Shown here: positions 10,295-20,926 of the stretch, piece after piece
Numbering within the stretch: position 1 is the stretch's first letter
Layout: each line of letters begins with the position of its first letter
NCBI GenBank assembly: GCA_963721455.1
Contig: CAVRJG010000045.1
Span: 83,365-147,364, forward strand
Direction of reading: 5' to 3'
Origin: an uncultured Methanosarcinaceae archaeon
GTDB lineage: Archaea; Halobacteriota; Methanosarcinia; Methanosarcinales; Methanosarcinaceae
Length of the DNA: 64,000 nt
Notes under the pieces: model-generated
Database searches by the model: none
The model's input: the letters and a program-made list of their open reading frames with translations, nothing else
What the model was told of the DNA's origin: nothing
Translations under genes and position numbers: made by a program

Positions 10295-10562
10295 ACGTTT
10301 AAAAAGTTAGAGTTTTAATCAAAAGTAAACAAAAGTATAAATGACCGATCAGCATAAAAATGTTTCTCTTGTTTAAAAAAGTTAGTAAGTTGTATTAAAA
10401 AGCCCGCGAAGAAAAGGAAAAAGAAGAAAGAAAAAGGAAATTAAAACGGAAAAAAGACTGGAAAGCAGAAAAAAATTAAAAAGGAGAAGAAAATAAAGAA
10501 TTTCCTTCAAAACCGGAAAAACTGTTTTCTCGTTCTCCTTTTCTTTTTCTCCGGTTTTTTAT

Positions 10563-12665
10563 TTAATTTCTCTTTACTTTCAAAAGGGCGAAGGCCCCAA
10601 GCCCTGCAACAAATACCGAGAGTGCCTCGAATCCGGGAATTGGAGACTTCTTCTCTTCTGGCCCTGCTTTCAGAGGCAGTGCTGTATAGTTATCGTAATT
10701 GGAAATAGAAACCCCAAGAAAAGCAGAATCGTTTGAATAATAATCTGCGAGGCCAGCAAAGAGTTCCTGTATTGAAACTTTATCTTTAAAGCCTTCTTCC
10801 ACAGAGATTTCTATTATCCCTCTGGAACCTGCACCTCTTATCTCCCCCATCTCGAGGGCAATTGCATCAACAATACCTGGCACGGAGTTAAGCTCTTCAG
10901 GTTCCCCGGAATACGCTCTAATAATGAAAGAATCGACAAAAGGAGCGATTTTTTCAATCTGCGACGCGGTATAATTAAGCGGAAGACTTGCTGAGATTGA
11001 TATGTTTCCTCCGGCTCCTTGATGCCCGGTCTCAAAAAGTTTTTCATAATCAACGTCGCTTTCTTCTGGAGAGGGTTTTACGTAAATATCGATTCCGTCA
11101 AAGGGTGCAAGGGACTTTCCATTATAATCAAGTACAGTGTTCAGGGATGCCTGACAGGCGTCTTCACCCCCTTTTTCTGTGCAGTTCAGGTCTTCCAGAA
11201 TCACGGCATGTACGGAGATTCCGTTTTCATGGGCCGTTTTCACAAAGCGCTCGGATTGCCATACATCTTCGCTGTTCACACTGAGGAAAATGGTGTTTAT
11301 GCGTGAGGAATTAAGTTCTTTTACAAGGGCAGGGAAATCGACCCCGTATGAGGAAGAGAGTTTAATTCCGGAAATACCGACATCGTATTCAGGGAACACT
11401 TCCGGGGTACCTGCCTCCTCCTGGCTCAGGTTTTCCTGTGCCTGCGCAACCCTCCCGGAATTAGAGGTTTCGGAATTCAGCTCAGATCCGGGCGTGGCTT
11501 GAGGTTCGGAAACAACCTTCGGTTCAGAAATGACCTCAGATTTGGAAATATTTTCAGAGATGTTTTCAGAAAGGTCTTCCGCAGAAACTTCGGGTTCTGC
11601 CTTAGTTGAGATTACTCTGGCCGTGGGTTCGGTTTCGACAAATTTGCGAACCAGGACGTAGTCAACTGCCATATACCCTGTATTCTTCGAGGCGTCCTGG
11701 TAGGAAGCAGCATACAGGTAAATGTGCATTGGGAAATTGGTGATATAATCATTTGAGGCGAAGTCCATTCTTGAGTCTCGCACACCGTTTTTAAACCAGG
11801 CTACCTTGCGGGTATCGTTTTCCTCATACCAGGCGACCCCTGAGACATACCATTCCCCTTCGGGAACATTGACGTCAGTGAGATCAAAGAGGTTATGCCT
11901 TTCCTTCCTGTAAGCTGTTTCCCAGCCCACACGGCTTTCATTGGCAAGCTCGGTCTTATGCTTTATGTCGTTTTTTCTGCTGTCTACCTGGTCTATGAAA
12001 CCCTGCCACAGCAGAGGCCCTCTATTATCCGTGCCTGTGGTAACTTTCATTCTCTTGACCACAAAAATAGAATTGATGTTAAAACTGCCTTTGCTGTAGA
12101 TCATAGAGGAGTCATAAGCATGAACTTTGGGGGCTGCAATGGTACAGTTCCCATTATTAACATCAACCATGCCACCGCCTGCACTTTCAGCGTTCCAATC
12201 AAGTCCGTTGAGGTTACTACCATCAAAATTATCGAAAAAATCAAATGTATTTTCCCCACTGCTTGCAGCCGTAGCCCCAGGATTTCCATATCTCATGAGG
12301 ATTTTACGGGTTCCGTTTGCAGGGAGCGACGGAATTTTGACCCAGATAACAGCTTCCTTATTTTCAGGGTCCCACTTCTCAATCCAGTAATTGAGCGTTT
12401 TATCCCCGGAGGAGAATCGAAGGTCTGAGCCATCACTTTTTGCCATTGAAAAATTAAAATTCGAAGAGTTCAAACCGACAGGGACAGGGTATTCTGTCAG
12501 AATTTTACCGGCATTCTCAGTAATGACAATTTCCCGGGAGTTATTCCATGAGTTATCATTTGCGGACAGATTCCACTTGTCATCCGTGCTAGCCAGGGCG
12601 CAGCCTGTGAATAAAAATATCAAAAAAACAGAAACAATCCCGCATACCGTAAATTTTTTTTCCAT
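10563..12665 (-). CDS. Secreted surface protein with DUF2341 domain and PGF-CTERM anchor
   Basis: Signal peptide; DGSDLRF..LNYWIEKWD..IWVKIP..YGNP..FDFFDNF; C-terminal IPGFEALSVF-TM-KVKRN. Confidence 0.85.
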   Translation of the reverse strand: MEKKFTVCGIVSVFLIFLFTGCALASTDDKWNLSANDNSWNNSREIVITENAGKILTEYPVPVGLNSSNFNFSMAKSDGSDLRFSSGDKTLNYWIEKWDPENKEAVIWVKIPSLPANGTRKILMRYGNPGATAASSGENTFDFFDNFDGSNLNGLDWNAESAGGGMVDVNNGNCTIAAPKVHAYDSSMIYSKGSFNINSIFVVKRMKVTTGTDNRGPLLWQGFIDQVDSRKNDIKHKTELANESRVGWETAYRKERHNLFDLTDVNVPEGEWYVSGVAWYEENDTRKVAWFKNGVRDSRMDFASNDYITNFPMHIYLYAASYQDASKNTGYMAVDYVLVRKFVETEPTARVISTKAEPEVSAEDLSENISENISKSEVISEPKVVSEPQATPGSELNSETSNSGRVAQAQENLSQEEAGTPEVFPEYDVGISGIKLSSSYGVDFPALVKELNSSRINTIFLSVNSEDVWQSERFVKTAHENGISVHAVILEDLNCTEKGGEDACQASLNTVLDYNGKSLAPFDGIDIYVKPSPEESDVDYEKLFETGHQGAGGNISISASLPLNYTASQIEKIAPFVDSFIIRAYSGEPEELNSVPGIVDAIALEMGEIRGAGSRGIIEISVEEGFKDKVSIQELFAGLADYYSNDSAFLGVSISNYDNYTALPLKAGPEEKKSPIPGFEALSVFVAGLGAFALLKVKRN

Positions 12666-12899
12666 AATTAGCAGCCTCTAGTAAGTCCTTAATCAAACCC
12701 GATCAGATATCAATACCAAAACCTTAATAGATAGTGGTTATTAACCCAAAAACAATAAACCTTTTCATAAATACTTGTCAAAAATCATAAAGATAATGAT
12801 GTTAGTAATTGTGAGAAAAAGAAAATCGAAAAATGATAAAGTCCGGAAAGAACAGGAAATCCGAAACTGTAATAAAGAATCTTTGCAATTACAGTCTCA

Positions 12900-13415
12900 A
12901 TGACGCTTCTATCCAGCACCGAACTGAGAAAACTTGTACAGGCAAAGCCTCCTTTGCTTGAAAATGCAGTCGATATAGAAACCCAGATCCAGCCTAACGG
13001 GCTTGAACTCACCCTGAAAGAGGTAAAAACAATCGAAGGTCCTGGAGCTGTGGATTTTGATAATTCGGAGAGAAAACTTCCAGCTGGAAAAACCCTTGAA
13101 TTCGGGAGCGACGGCTGGATTCACCTGCCTGAGGGGATTTATAAGGTACTTTTCAATGAAATTGTAAATATTCCCATGAACCTGGCCGCAATTGCAAAGC
13201 CGAGGTCAAGCCTTATTCGCTGCGGGGCGACTCTTGAAACCGCCGTATGGGATGCCGGATACAGGGGACGCAGCGAGTCAATGCTGGTAGTTTACAACAC
13301 TGAAGGCTTCAAGCTGAAGAAAAATGCCAGGATCATGCAGCTTCTATTCTATACTCTGGACGCGGAAGTAGAAAAAGGATATTCAGGTGTGTATCAGAAC
13401 GAAAACACAAAATGA
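12900..13415 (+). CDS. dut: dUTPase (dCTP deaminase/dUTPase family)
   Basis: QIQPNG, PRSSLIRCG, VWDAGYRG and ARIMQL motifs. Confidence 0.88.
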   Translation: MTLLSSTELRKLVQAKPPLLENAVDIETQIQPNGLELTLKEVKTIEGPGAVDFDNSERKLPAGKTLEFGSDGWIHLPEGIYKVLFNEIVNIPMNLAAIAKPRSSLIRCGATLETAVWDAGYRGRSESMLVVYNTEGFKLKKNARIMQLLFYTLDAEVEKGYSGVYQNENTK

Positions 13416-13561
13416 ATTCTCAAAAAAAGCTTTTTTAAGCTTTTTAGCCGCCGGTTCATGAAGGCCAGACTCACACTGTATAAGCAAAAGAAATAATGAA
13501 ACCGATATCCTTAGAAAATACAGATAAAGTATATATTGTCTAATCCGCAATATCACAGGCT

Positions 13562-14359
13562 ATGAGCACTATAGGTAAATCCGTAAGGATGGAGCGTATT
13601 TTCAATAGAAACACCGGTAACGCCATTATTATTCCTATGGACCACGGAGTTGGTGCAGGTCCAATTGAAGGGCTTAAAAACCTTCAGGAAGCTGTAAACA
13701 GAGTCGCAGAAGGAGGGGCAAACGCCGTGCTCGGGCATATGGGGCTTTCCAAACACGGACACCGGGGATACGGGCATGATGTAGGGCTTATAATCCACCT
13801 CTCAGCTTCAACTTCCCTTGCCCTTGATCCGAACCACAAAGTTCTGGTAACAACCGTAGAAGAAGCTATAAAAGTCGGAGCTGATGCCGTCTCAGTCCAT
13901 ATTAACATAGGAGCTGAAGACGAGTATGAGATGCTACAGGGTCTCGGCTATGTGGCAGGAAAGTGTGACGAATGGGGAATCCCACTCCTTGCCATGATGT
14001 ACCCGCGTGGGAAAAAAGTTAGATCCGAATATGATGTGGATGTTGTAAAACATGCAGCCAGAATCGGAGCCGAGCTTGGAGCAGATATAATCAAGACAAA
14101 CTACACAGGAAGCCCGGAGACTTTTAAAGAAGTGGTTGACGGGTGTCCGGTACCTGTAATCATAGCAGGCGGCCCGAAGGTGGAATCCGAACAGGAATTG
14201 CTGGAGATGATCGAAGGATCTCTCAAATCCGGAGGGCGGGGTGTTGCCATTGGAAGAAATGTTTTTCAGGCAGAAGACCCCACAGGGCTTGTCCGGAGAA
14301 TTGCGAAAATCGTTCACGAAGGCGCGAGCGCGGAAGAGTTAACGAAAATGGGCAGGTAA
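13562..14359 (+). CDS. DhnA-type class I aldolase (ADH synthase / fructose-bisphosphate aldolase family)
   Basis: [27 protein letters not shown] and GRNVFQ motifs. Confidence 0.9.
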   Translation: MSTIGKSVRMERIFNRNTGNAIIIPMDHGVGAGPIEGLKNLQEAVNRVAEGGANAVLGHMGLSKHGHRGYGHDVGLIIHLSASTSLALDPNHKVLVTTVEEAIKVGADAVSVHINIGAEDEYEMLQGLGYVAGKCDEWGIPLLAMMYPRGKKVRSEYDVDVVKHAARIGAELGADIIKTNYTGSPETFKEVVDGCPVPVIIAGGPKVESEQELLEMIEGSLKSGGRGVAIGRNVFQAEDPTGLVRRIAKIVHEGASAEELTKMGR

Positions 14360-14505
14360 GCCTGAAGGTTAAAAGGCCTGACGTAAAAATTAAAAACTGA
14401 ATTTAAAAACCGGACAGAATGAAGAAAGTCAGGAAGAGCAAATTTATTCATTCCAGTGGAAATTAAAGGGATGTTATATTTTAGAAGGAAAGATCCATCA
14501 GAGAG

Positions 14506-14555
14506 GTGAACTACCCGCTAAATCAAAAGATTTAACGGGTTTTACGCTTCGTTCT
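14506..14555 (-). mobile_element. 50-bp minimal IS200/IS605-derived element (left and right end sharing one hairpin)
   Basis: Minus strand TTTAT|agaacgaagcgtaaaa-cccgttaaatc-tttt-gatttagcggg-tagttcac; both termini resemble those of the 54712..55100 element. Confidence 0.7.
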
Positions 14556-15280
14556 ATAAAGAATAAAAGTAAGGAACCTGAATAAGGCTTCAGTTAAGTT
14601 TCAGGAAAAAGAAATAATACTGTGTAAAAAATTTGAATTTGAAGCCCTGTATCTACTTAAAATCTCTCATTTGAGAGTTATTTTTCAGCATTTTGTTCCT
14701 TTCTCTGAATTTTATGTTCTTTTTTCAATGTTATGACCCTTAAAGCCATAATTTTAGCAATGGCTATCAAGGGTATCGTTTCAAGCGCATATTTTAGAAT
14801 AAAAGGAAGTGTCTCTTTAAACTGTAAGAAATTTTTTTCTGAGTATTTCTTATGCTCGATGAAAAAACATTGAGTTAAACTGTTATTCGCATATATATTT
14901 CATGAAAAATAGGCTGTTAATCCATAGATTGCAATGGAAATAAAGGGGTATTGAAACTCTCAGGGAAGGGAATAAAAATATGAGAGTGAATGCGTTTATG
15001 AAAATAAATATTTACATACAGTAGGTGGATTATAAGAGGTAAAGCTGCAGACAAAAATACCTCAGCGCCCTTAACAATCGCATCAAAAAGGAAAAGAGAA
15101 ACATCTTCGCATAAAAATGAAAATATGAGAGATAAATTGAAAAACATATAGAAAAGAAACAAAGAAGAGAGAAATGGAAGAAACAATGGTAGTAAAAAAA
15201 ATTAACCCACAAAAGTTTCCAGTGGAAATAAAAGGGTCCCTCTTAGAAGAAATAAAAGAAAATTAAAAGATTCTGAAGAC

Positions 15281-15345
15281 TTTTATAACAAATAAAATAA
15301 TTTATAATAAATAAAATGATTTATGATAAATAAAATGATTTTGTG
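15281..15345. repeat. AT-rich ~19-bp tandem repeat, about 3 copies
   Basis: tttataataaataaaatga-like units. Confidence 0.6.
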
Positions 15346-15456
15346 AATTAAAAATTAAAACCTGAATTGAAATGATTGGAAACTGAAGGCAAAAAATAGA
15401 GATAGCTTTAGAGAAAATCAAACTGTTATAAGAAAAAATGAAGGTAGAATCCGGAA

Positions 15457-16452
15457 TTAAAGGTCAACAAAAGGAACAAGATCACAGCCTGTACATTTCA
15501 GGCACATGGTCCTTGCAAGCCCTGGATTAAGCCCGTATTTCTTGAGTATCTCAGCTTCGATCTTCGCAAGCTTTAAAAGGCGCTCAGGAGATGGACGTTC
15601 TGTAAAACAGTCTCCAACCCTCAGAGGGTGCGGGTTTACCGGCCGCAGGACAGGAATTACCCCCATTTTTGCAAGAGTCTCTACCCCATCCCTGACAGAA
15701 TCATCACTTTCTCCAAGCCCGATTATAAAATTACTGAAAACACGGTTTTTTCCGAAAATAGTCACAGCGTCCTTGAGTTTATCCAGGATATAATCAAGGG
15801 AAAGATCCCCGCAAACCTTTTGAAAGATCTCACTGTCCATAGTTTCAACATTGTACTTGACTTCGGAAACGCCTGCTTCATAGAATTTTCTGGAACAGCC
15901 TTCTGTAGGGTACACCGAAACTCCAATGGGGACATTGTACTTTTTGAGAGCAGGAAGCAGTTTGAGTACACGTTCCACTTCTCCTTCGATTGAGGTTTCA
16001 ACTCCTGAGGTGAGTGAGATGGCTGTCAGATTTCCTGCCCGCAAAACCTCATCAATTATACGCAGGACTTCCTCCTTACTCTTAACATGCCCCTGCAATT
16101 TGGGCACAGGGCAATATTTGCAGTCAAATATGCACCTTTCGCAGAGGGTTATGAAAGCCTGATCAGGACAGTGGGCAGGAGCAGGCTCAAGTTTCCCCCG
16201 GGCAAGTTCTTTTCCTTCATAGAAAAGCGCAACATTTCCTTCGCCTTCTGCTCTTAAAATGGAAAGTGGAGAGTCTTTTTTTATGCTGAGCCTTACCCGC
16301 TTTTCTCCTGACCTGAAGAAAACGGAACTTATACCTGCCCCCGGACCCGCAGTGGAACCGCGAGCCTTTGGGATAAGTGAAGGATCTACGGAAACTGAAC
16401 CTATAGAAATAAGGAAAGCTTTAATTTCCGGTGTAATTGGCTTGCTTTGCAT
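15457..16452 (-). CDS. Radical SAM protein (biotin synthase-like)
   Basis: CIFDCKYC CxxxCxxC motif, STAGPGAG, C-terminal CLKCTGCD; start taken at ATG 16452. Confidence 0.88.
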   Translation of the reverse strand: MQSKPITPEIKAFLISIGSVSVDPSLIPKARGSTAGPGAGISSVFFRSGEKRVRLSIKKDSPLSILRAEGEGNVALFYEGKELARGKLEPAPAHCPDQAFITLCERCIFDCKYCPVPKLQGHVKSKEEVLRIIDEVLRAGNLTAISLTSGVETSIEGEVERVLKLLPALKKYNVPIGVSVYPTEGCSRKFYEAGVSEVKYNVETMDSEIFQKVCGDLSLDYILDKLKDAVTIFGKNRVFSNFIIGLGESDDSVRDGVETLAKMGVIPVLRPVNPHPLRVGDCFTERPSPERLLKLAKIEAEILKKYGLNPGLARTMCLKCTGCDLVPFVDL

Positions 16453-17374
16453 GCAAATATTCCTCAAAATAATTATTTTTCTGTAGCTCCGGCCTTTTCT
16501 CTCATCTTCACTAAGAGGTATATAAATTATTCTGTTGATATAATTTAGACTGTATACCTCCGGATTCAAGACCGGAAAAAGATTTTCTCAGACCTTAAAC
16601 TTGTCCTCTTAAACCTGAAAGTTAGGCTCGATATTCCACCTATCCTGCAAATTTGAGTTATAAAGCCGGAAAAAAGTCGCTTAGACCTGAGCATCAATTA
16701 AACTTCAGATTAACAGGAAGAAAAGGAGATGCAAATGCCTGATTTTTACAGGGCGCAGGATAACATTATAGAGGTAATATAACATTAAAATAATGGACTA
16801 ATGTTATAATGATATGTTAGTATTAGAGAGATAAAGTAGCATTATGTGTTAAAAATAATATATACTGTTGGCTCTTAGTATAACTTGCGTTCTCATCCCT
16901 TCAACACCCCACTAGTTGATATCTACTCCACAAGAAAAGGGATAAAAAGGAAAGGGAATAAAGAATAACAAAAACTCGCAACCCGTGAGTCCAGTACCTC
17001 AGTATCTCTTCCCACACAAAAATAAAAAGCATCTCTTAATGCCGTTCGGAACTTCCAGGTTCTTGGATGAGAACGCAAATCTATTTTTGAAAAATATTAC
17101 AATAATCACTGTTTTCTTTTCGAATCGTTCACTTCTCAGACCAGATACTCTTACTATGGAAAATAGTCTGATTTAGATACATCCGGTTTAGACACATTTC
17201 TTTTTTGAATATCATCCCGGATTCTTTCCGGTTCGGGTTATAATTTCAAACGTAAATATCTGCACAGAACTGAACTTTATAATGTAGTCCTCTCGAACGA
17301 ATACGAAAAAGAACGATATAACTGTCCCTGAATTAGTCACCTCGAAAAAGCGCAGCTCAGTATCTTTTTATAAA

Positions 17375-17554
17375 TTAGTCCGCTTGAGCGAGCGAAGCGA
17401 GTGAAACGGACCGCGTACTCCCGAAGCGCAATTCGGGAAGTGAAACGGACCCCGTGCTGTTGCGATTACATCGCAACTCCCAGAAAATCTCCGATTTCCT
17501 GTGATCCCGAAGCGGAACTCGGGAGCCGCAACTCTGCCGGCGCGACGCGAGCGG
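17375..17554. repeat. Modular hairpin repeat family, copy B (longest)
   Basis: ttagtccgcttgagcg...gttgcgattacatcgcaactcccagaaaatctccgatttcctgtgatcccgaagcggaactcggga; core near-identical to copy C. Confidence 0.9.
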
Positions 17555-17643
17555 TATTGCCAATTTTATATATATGGGAAAATAGATTATACATTTCAGA
17601 CAACCTAAAAAACAACTTTATTGCAATAAAAAAGGAGAGAGAC

Positions 17644-18744
17644 ATGAAAGTTATGATCATAGGGGGTTTTCTCGGAAGCGGGAAAACAACTACCATACTG
17701 AAAATCAGCAGGCAGCTCAGTAACGCAGAAAAAAGGACTGCAATCATCGTAAATGAGATCGGGGAAATCGGGCTTGATGGGGATATTCTCTCAGGCCCGG
17801 ACATTGTAACTGAGGAGCTTACAAGTGGCTGCATCTGCTGTACCCTCAGAATCAGTATGCAGTACACCCTTCAGACCCTTGAGGAAGAGTTTGGGCCTGA
17901 CATTGTTATTATCGAGCCGACAGGGATTGCCTTTCCAGGGCAGATAAGGGAAGAAATAGAAACAATGGGGCTTTCAGACCTCTCCTTTGCCCCGGTAGTA
18001 ACCCTTGTAGATCCAGGCCGTTTCGGGACCGAAGCAAAAGAAATCCCGAGGTTTATCGAGACCCAGATAAGGGAAGCCGAAATTCTCTGCATAAACAAGA
18101 CAGATATAACGCCTGCAGAAATTGTCCTGTCCACCGAGAAAATGATCCATGAGATAAACCCTGAGGCGCGGATTCTGAAATTCTCGGCAAAACGTGGAGA
18201 TGAGCAATTCGAAAAGCTGCTTCTCCATCTTGCTGTGCCAGGGCTGAAAAAACCTCCCGAAGAAAAGAAAAACTCAATTAAGCTTTCAGAAGTCTCGGCT
18301 TATTCAGTTCTCTATATCCTCCCATCCGGCGCTCTTAACCCTGAAAAAGGCGTGCGCTTTATAGAAGAGAACCTCAGGAATATTCAGGAAAGAGTCCGGG
18401 AAATTAATCCTGAATTTGTAGGGCATGTAAAGCTTTCCCTGAAACTTCCGGAATCTACGGTCAAGGGCAGTGTGACCTCCTCTAAAGAACCGCCTCAGGT
18501 AGAAATTATTCCGGATAGGAAAAGTGAGAAAGCCGAACTCAGGCTGCTTTCAGCAATTACAAAAGTCCCGAAAAATGAACTCACCGATATCATTGAGAGT
18601 GTTCTCGAAGAGAACCTTCGGAAATCAGCGATTACTTTTGAGAAAGACGTTCACGAGCACGAACATGAGCATGATGCTGAAGATCATAGTAAGCATGAAA
18701 AAGACCAAATGTGCAGGATTAATATATACAGGAAAGATGAATGA
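17644..18744 (+). CDS. CobW/HypB-type G3E GTPase (metallochaperone) with His-rich tail
   Basis: GGFLGSGKTT, NEIGE, GCICC, IEPTG and NKTD motifs; HEHEHEHD tail; GGAG RBS before ATG 17644. Confidence 0.9.
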   Translation: MKVMIIGGFLGSGKTTTILKISRQLSNAEKRTAIIVNEIGEIGLDGDILSGPDIVTEELTSGCICCTLRISMQYTLQTLEEEFGPDIVIIEPTGIAFPGQIREEIETMGLSDLSFAPVVTLVDPGRFGTEAKEIPRFIETQIREAEILCINKTDITPAEIVLSTEKMIHEINPEARILKFSAKRGDEQFEKLLLHLAVPGLKKPPEEKKNSIKLSEVSAYSVLYILPSGALNPEKGVRFIEENLRNIQERVREINPEFVGHVKLSLKLPESTVKGSVTSSKEPPQVEIIPDRKSEKAELRLLSAITKVPKNELTDIIESVLEENLRKSAITFEKDVHEHEHEHDAEDHSKHEKDQMCRINIYRKDE

Positions 18745-18881
18745 AAATAATGTAAAATTTAACTTAAAGATAAGGTGAAAACCTGCGACTTAACCGAGAA
18801 GAGTTATAATAACACTTAGCCTTTTCGGAACTTTTAAAAAATCCGGTTTCAATCAATAAAAATGAGAGATGGAGTTTTGGT

Positions 18882-19190
18882 ATGAACGAGGAAATCGATG
18901 AACTTGACGCTTATTTCGACAAAAAATGTGAACCGACTGAAGGCGAAGCCGTCAAACTGGAACATATGATGATGGAAAAGATTTCCATAAGCCCCGCAAG
19001 AAGAAAGCTTCTCCGGGTTGTCGGAGTCTTTGGGAAGACTGAAAAACAGCTAAAGGAAGAGTCAGGATTAAACGATTTCTTCTTTAAGTTCCATATGGAT
19101 TTCCTGCTAAAAGAGGGATTCCTGAAATCCGAAGAAGGGATGTACCGCCTGACGGATGCTGGAATTGCTATGCACGATTCTGTGTGTTAA
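18882..19190 (+). CDS. Small winged-helix-like hypothetical protein
   Basis: SPARRKLL...FHMDFLLKEGFL...YRLTDAG pattern; GGAG RBS. Confidence 0.7.
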   Translation: MNEEIDELDAYFDKKCEPTEGEAVKLEHMMMEKISISPARRKLLRVVGVFGKTEKQLKEESGLNDFFFKFHMDFLLKEGFLKSEEGMYRLTDAGIAMHDSVC

Positions 19191-19425
19191 ATAAACATTT
19201 TTTAACTTTCCCTCTATTTATTACTATTAATAATATAATTTTTGGTCGCGGGCGGGTTAACTCCATCCTGATTTCGGAAGGCTGCCTTTTGTTAAAAAGC
19301 GATAAGTTTTTATGTTTGTCTTGTCAATGGCGTTATGACCAAACTTTTCGATATCCTATGGAAGTTTCAAAAACGCCAATTTAATTTCCAGATATATCGA
19401 GCAACCAAAAGGAGTGTGAAAAAAT

Positions 19426-19608
19426 ATGCCAGCATTAGTTAATGCAGATGAATGTTCAGGATGCGGAAGCTGTGTCGATGAGTGCCCCTCTGAAGCAATT
19501 ACTCTTGATGAAGAAAAGGGAATTGCAGTAGTCGACCAGGACGAATGTGTAGAATGCGGTGCATGCGAAGAGGCATGTCCGAATCAGGCAATTAAAGTAG
19601 AAGAGTAA
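19426..19608 (+). CDS. 2[4Fe-4S] ferredoxin
   Basis: [12 protein letters not shown] and [12 protein letters not shown] motifs. Confidence 0.95.
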   Translation: MPALVNADECSGCGSCVDECPSEAITLDEEKGIAVVDQDECVECGACEEACPNQAIKVEE

Positions 19609-19698
19609 AACTGCAGTCAATTGGAATAATCTTTTTATTCCATTTTTCTTTTTCCTTTTTATCAATCATTTTTTATCTTTCCGGAGGTAGCTTTTTAG

Positions 19699-20727
19699 AT
19701 GGTAGCAATTAAAGCGGGTATTTTAGGCGCTACAGGCGCTGTCGGGCAGAGATTTGTAGAAGCACTTGCAAACCACCCCTGGTTTGAGATTACAGCCCTT
19801 GCAGCATCCGAAAGAAGCGCCGGCAAAACATATAAAGAAGCCGCGGGCTGGAGACTGGATAGAGCTATGCCGGAAAGTGTTGAAAACATCGAAGTTGTCC
19901 CCGTTGACCCAAAAGCCGTAGATGCGGACGTGGTTTTCTCGGCACTTCCTGCAGACCTTGCCCTCACAGTAGAACCCGAGTTCGCAAAAGCCGGGTTTGC
20001 AGTGGCAAGCAATGCGTCATCCTACAGGATGGAAAAGGATATCCCTCTGGTAATCCCCGAGGTAAATTCAGAACACCTTGGGCTTCTCGAAGTCCAGCAG
20101 GATACAAGGGGATGGGACGGATACATTATCACAAACCCCAATTGCTCCACGATTGTCATGACCCTTACCTTAAAGCCTCTCATGCAGTTTGGGCTCGAAA
20201 CCATACAGGTAGCCACAATGCAGGCGATCTCAGGGGCAGGATTTTCCGGAGTTGCCGCAATGGCAATCTATGACAATGTAATTCCCTATATCGGAAGCGA
20301 AGAAAAGAAGATGGAGACTGAAACCTTAAAGCTCCTTGGAGAGTTCAATGGCTCTGAAATCGTGCCTGCAGACATAAGAGTCAGCGCTTCCTGCCACAGA
20401 GTCCCTGTTATCGATGGGCATACTGAAGCTATCTGGGCTGGAATGAGGGATAAACCGACAGCTGAAGAAGTAAGGGAAGCCTTCCTGAATTTTGACCCCA
20501 GGCTGGGAGAACTTCCTTCCGAACCTAAAAAAGCCCTGATCGTAAGAGACGAAATTGACAGGCCTCAGCCGCGCCTTGACCGTAATATGGGGAAAGGCAT
20601 GAGCGTCTCAGTGGGCCGGATAAGAGAAGGAATCCGCTACATCGCAATGGGGCATAACACCATCCGCGGAGCAGCCGGAGCAAGTGTCCTTAATGCGGAA
20701 CTTCTGCATTCCATGGGCAAGCTCTGA
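19699..20727 (+). CDS. asd: Aspartate-semialdehyde dehydrogenase
   Basis: [26 protein letters not shown] and HNTIRGAAG motifs. Confidence 0.96.
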   Translation: MVAIKAGILGATGAVGQRFVEALANHPWFEITALAASERSAGKTYKEAAGWRLDRAMPESVENIEVVPVDPKAVDADVVFSALPADLALTVEPEFAKAGFAVASNASSYRMEKDIPLVIPEVNSEHLGLLEVQQDTRGWDGYIITNPNCSTIVMTLTLKPLMQFGLETIQVATMQAISGAGFSGVAAMAIYDNVIPYIGSEEKKMETETLKLLGEFNGSEIVPADIRVSASCHRVPVIDGHTEAIWAGMRDKPTAEEVREAFLNFDPRLGELPSEPKKALIVRDEIDRPQPRLDRNMGKGMSVSVGRIREGIRYIAMGHNTIRGAAGASVLNAELLHSMGKL

Positions 20728-20926
20728 TCAAAAATAGAAAATAACAGAACAGAAATGAAATGAAAAGTAAAAGCTTCAGGGATTTAGACTTTTGCTTTTC
20801 TACTTCACTTTCCCACTTTCCTGTTCTACTCGATTCTATTGAATCCTTTTCAATTCTCCGGAACCTTCTCGGGATTAAATCAGCGCAATTCTTCTGTTTT
20901 TACTTTCCTCATGTCTTTTGAGATTT

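Noticed and set aside
14560-15450. 900-bp AT-rich gap with small hydrophobic ORFs (14917..15186, 15030..15212)
   Set aside because: Low-complexity translations of A-rich DNA; no RBS or convincing RNA structure.
17401-17643. 81-aa N-terminal extension of the CobW-like ORF
   Set aside because: Mostly read-through of repeat copy B; a good RBS and family start are at 17644.
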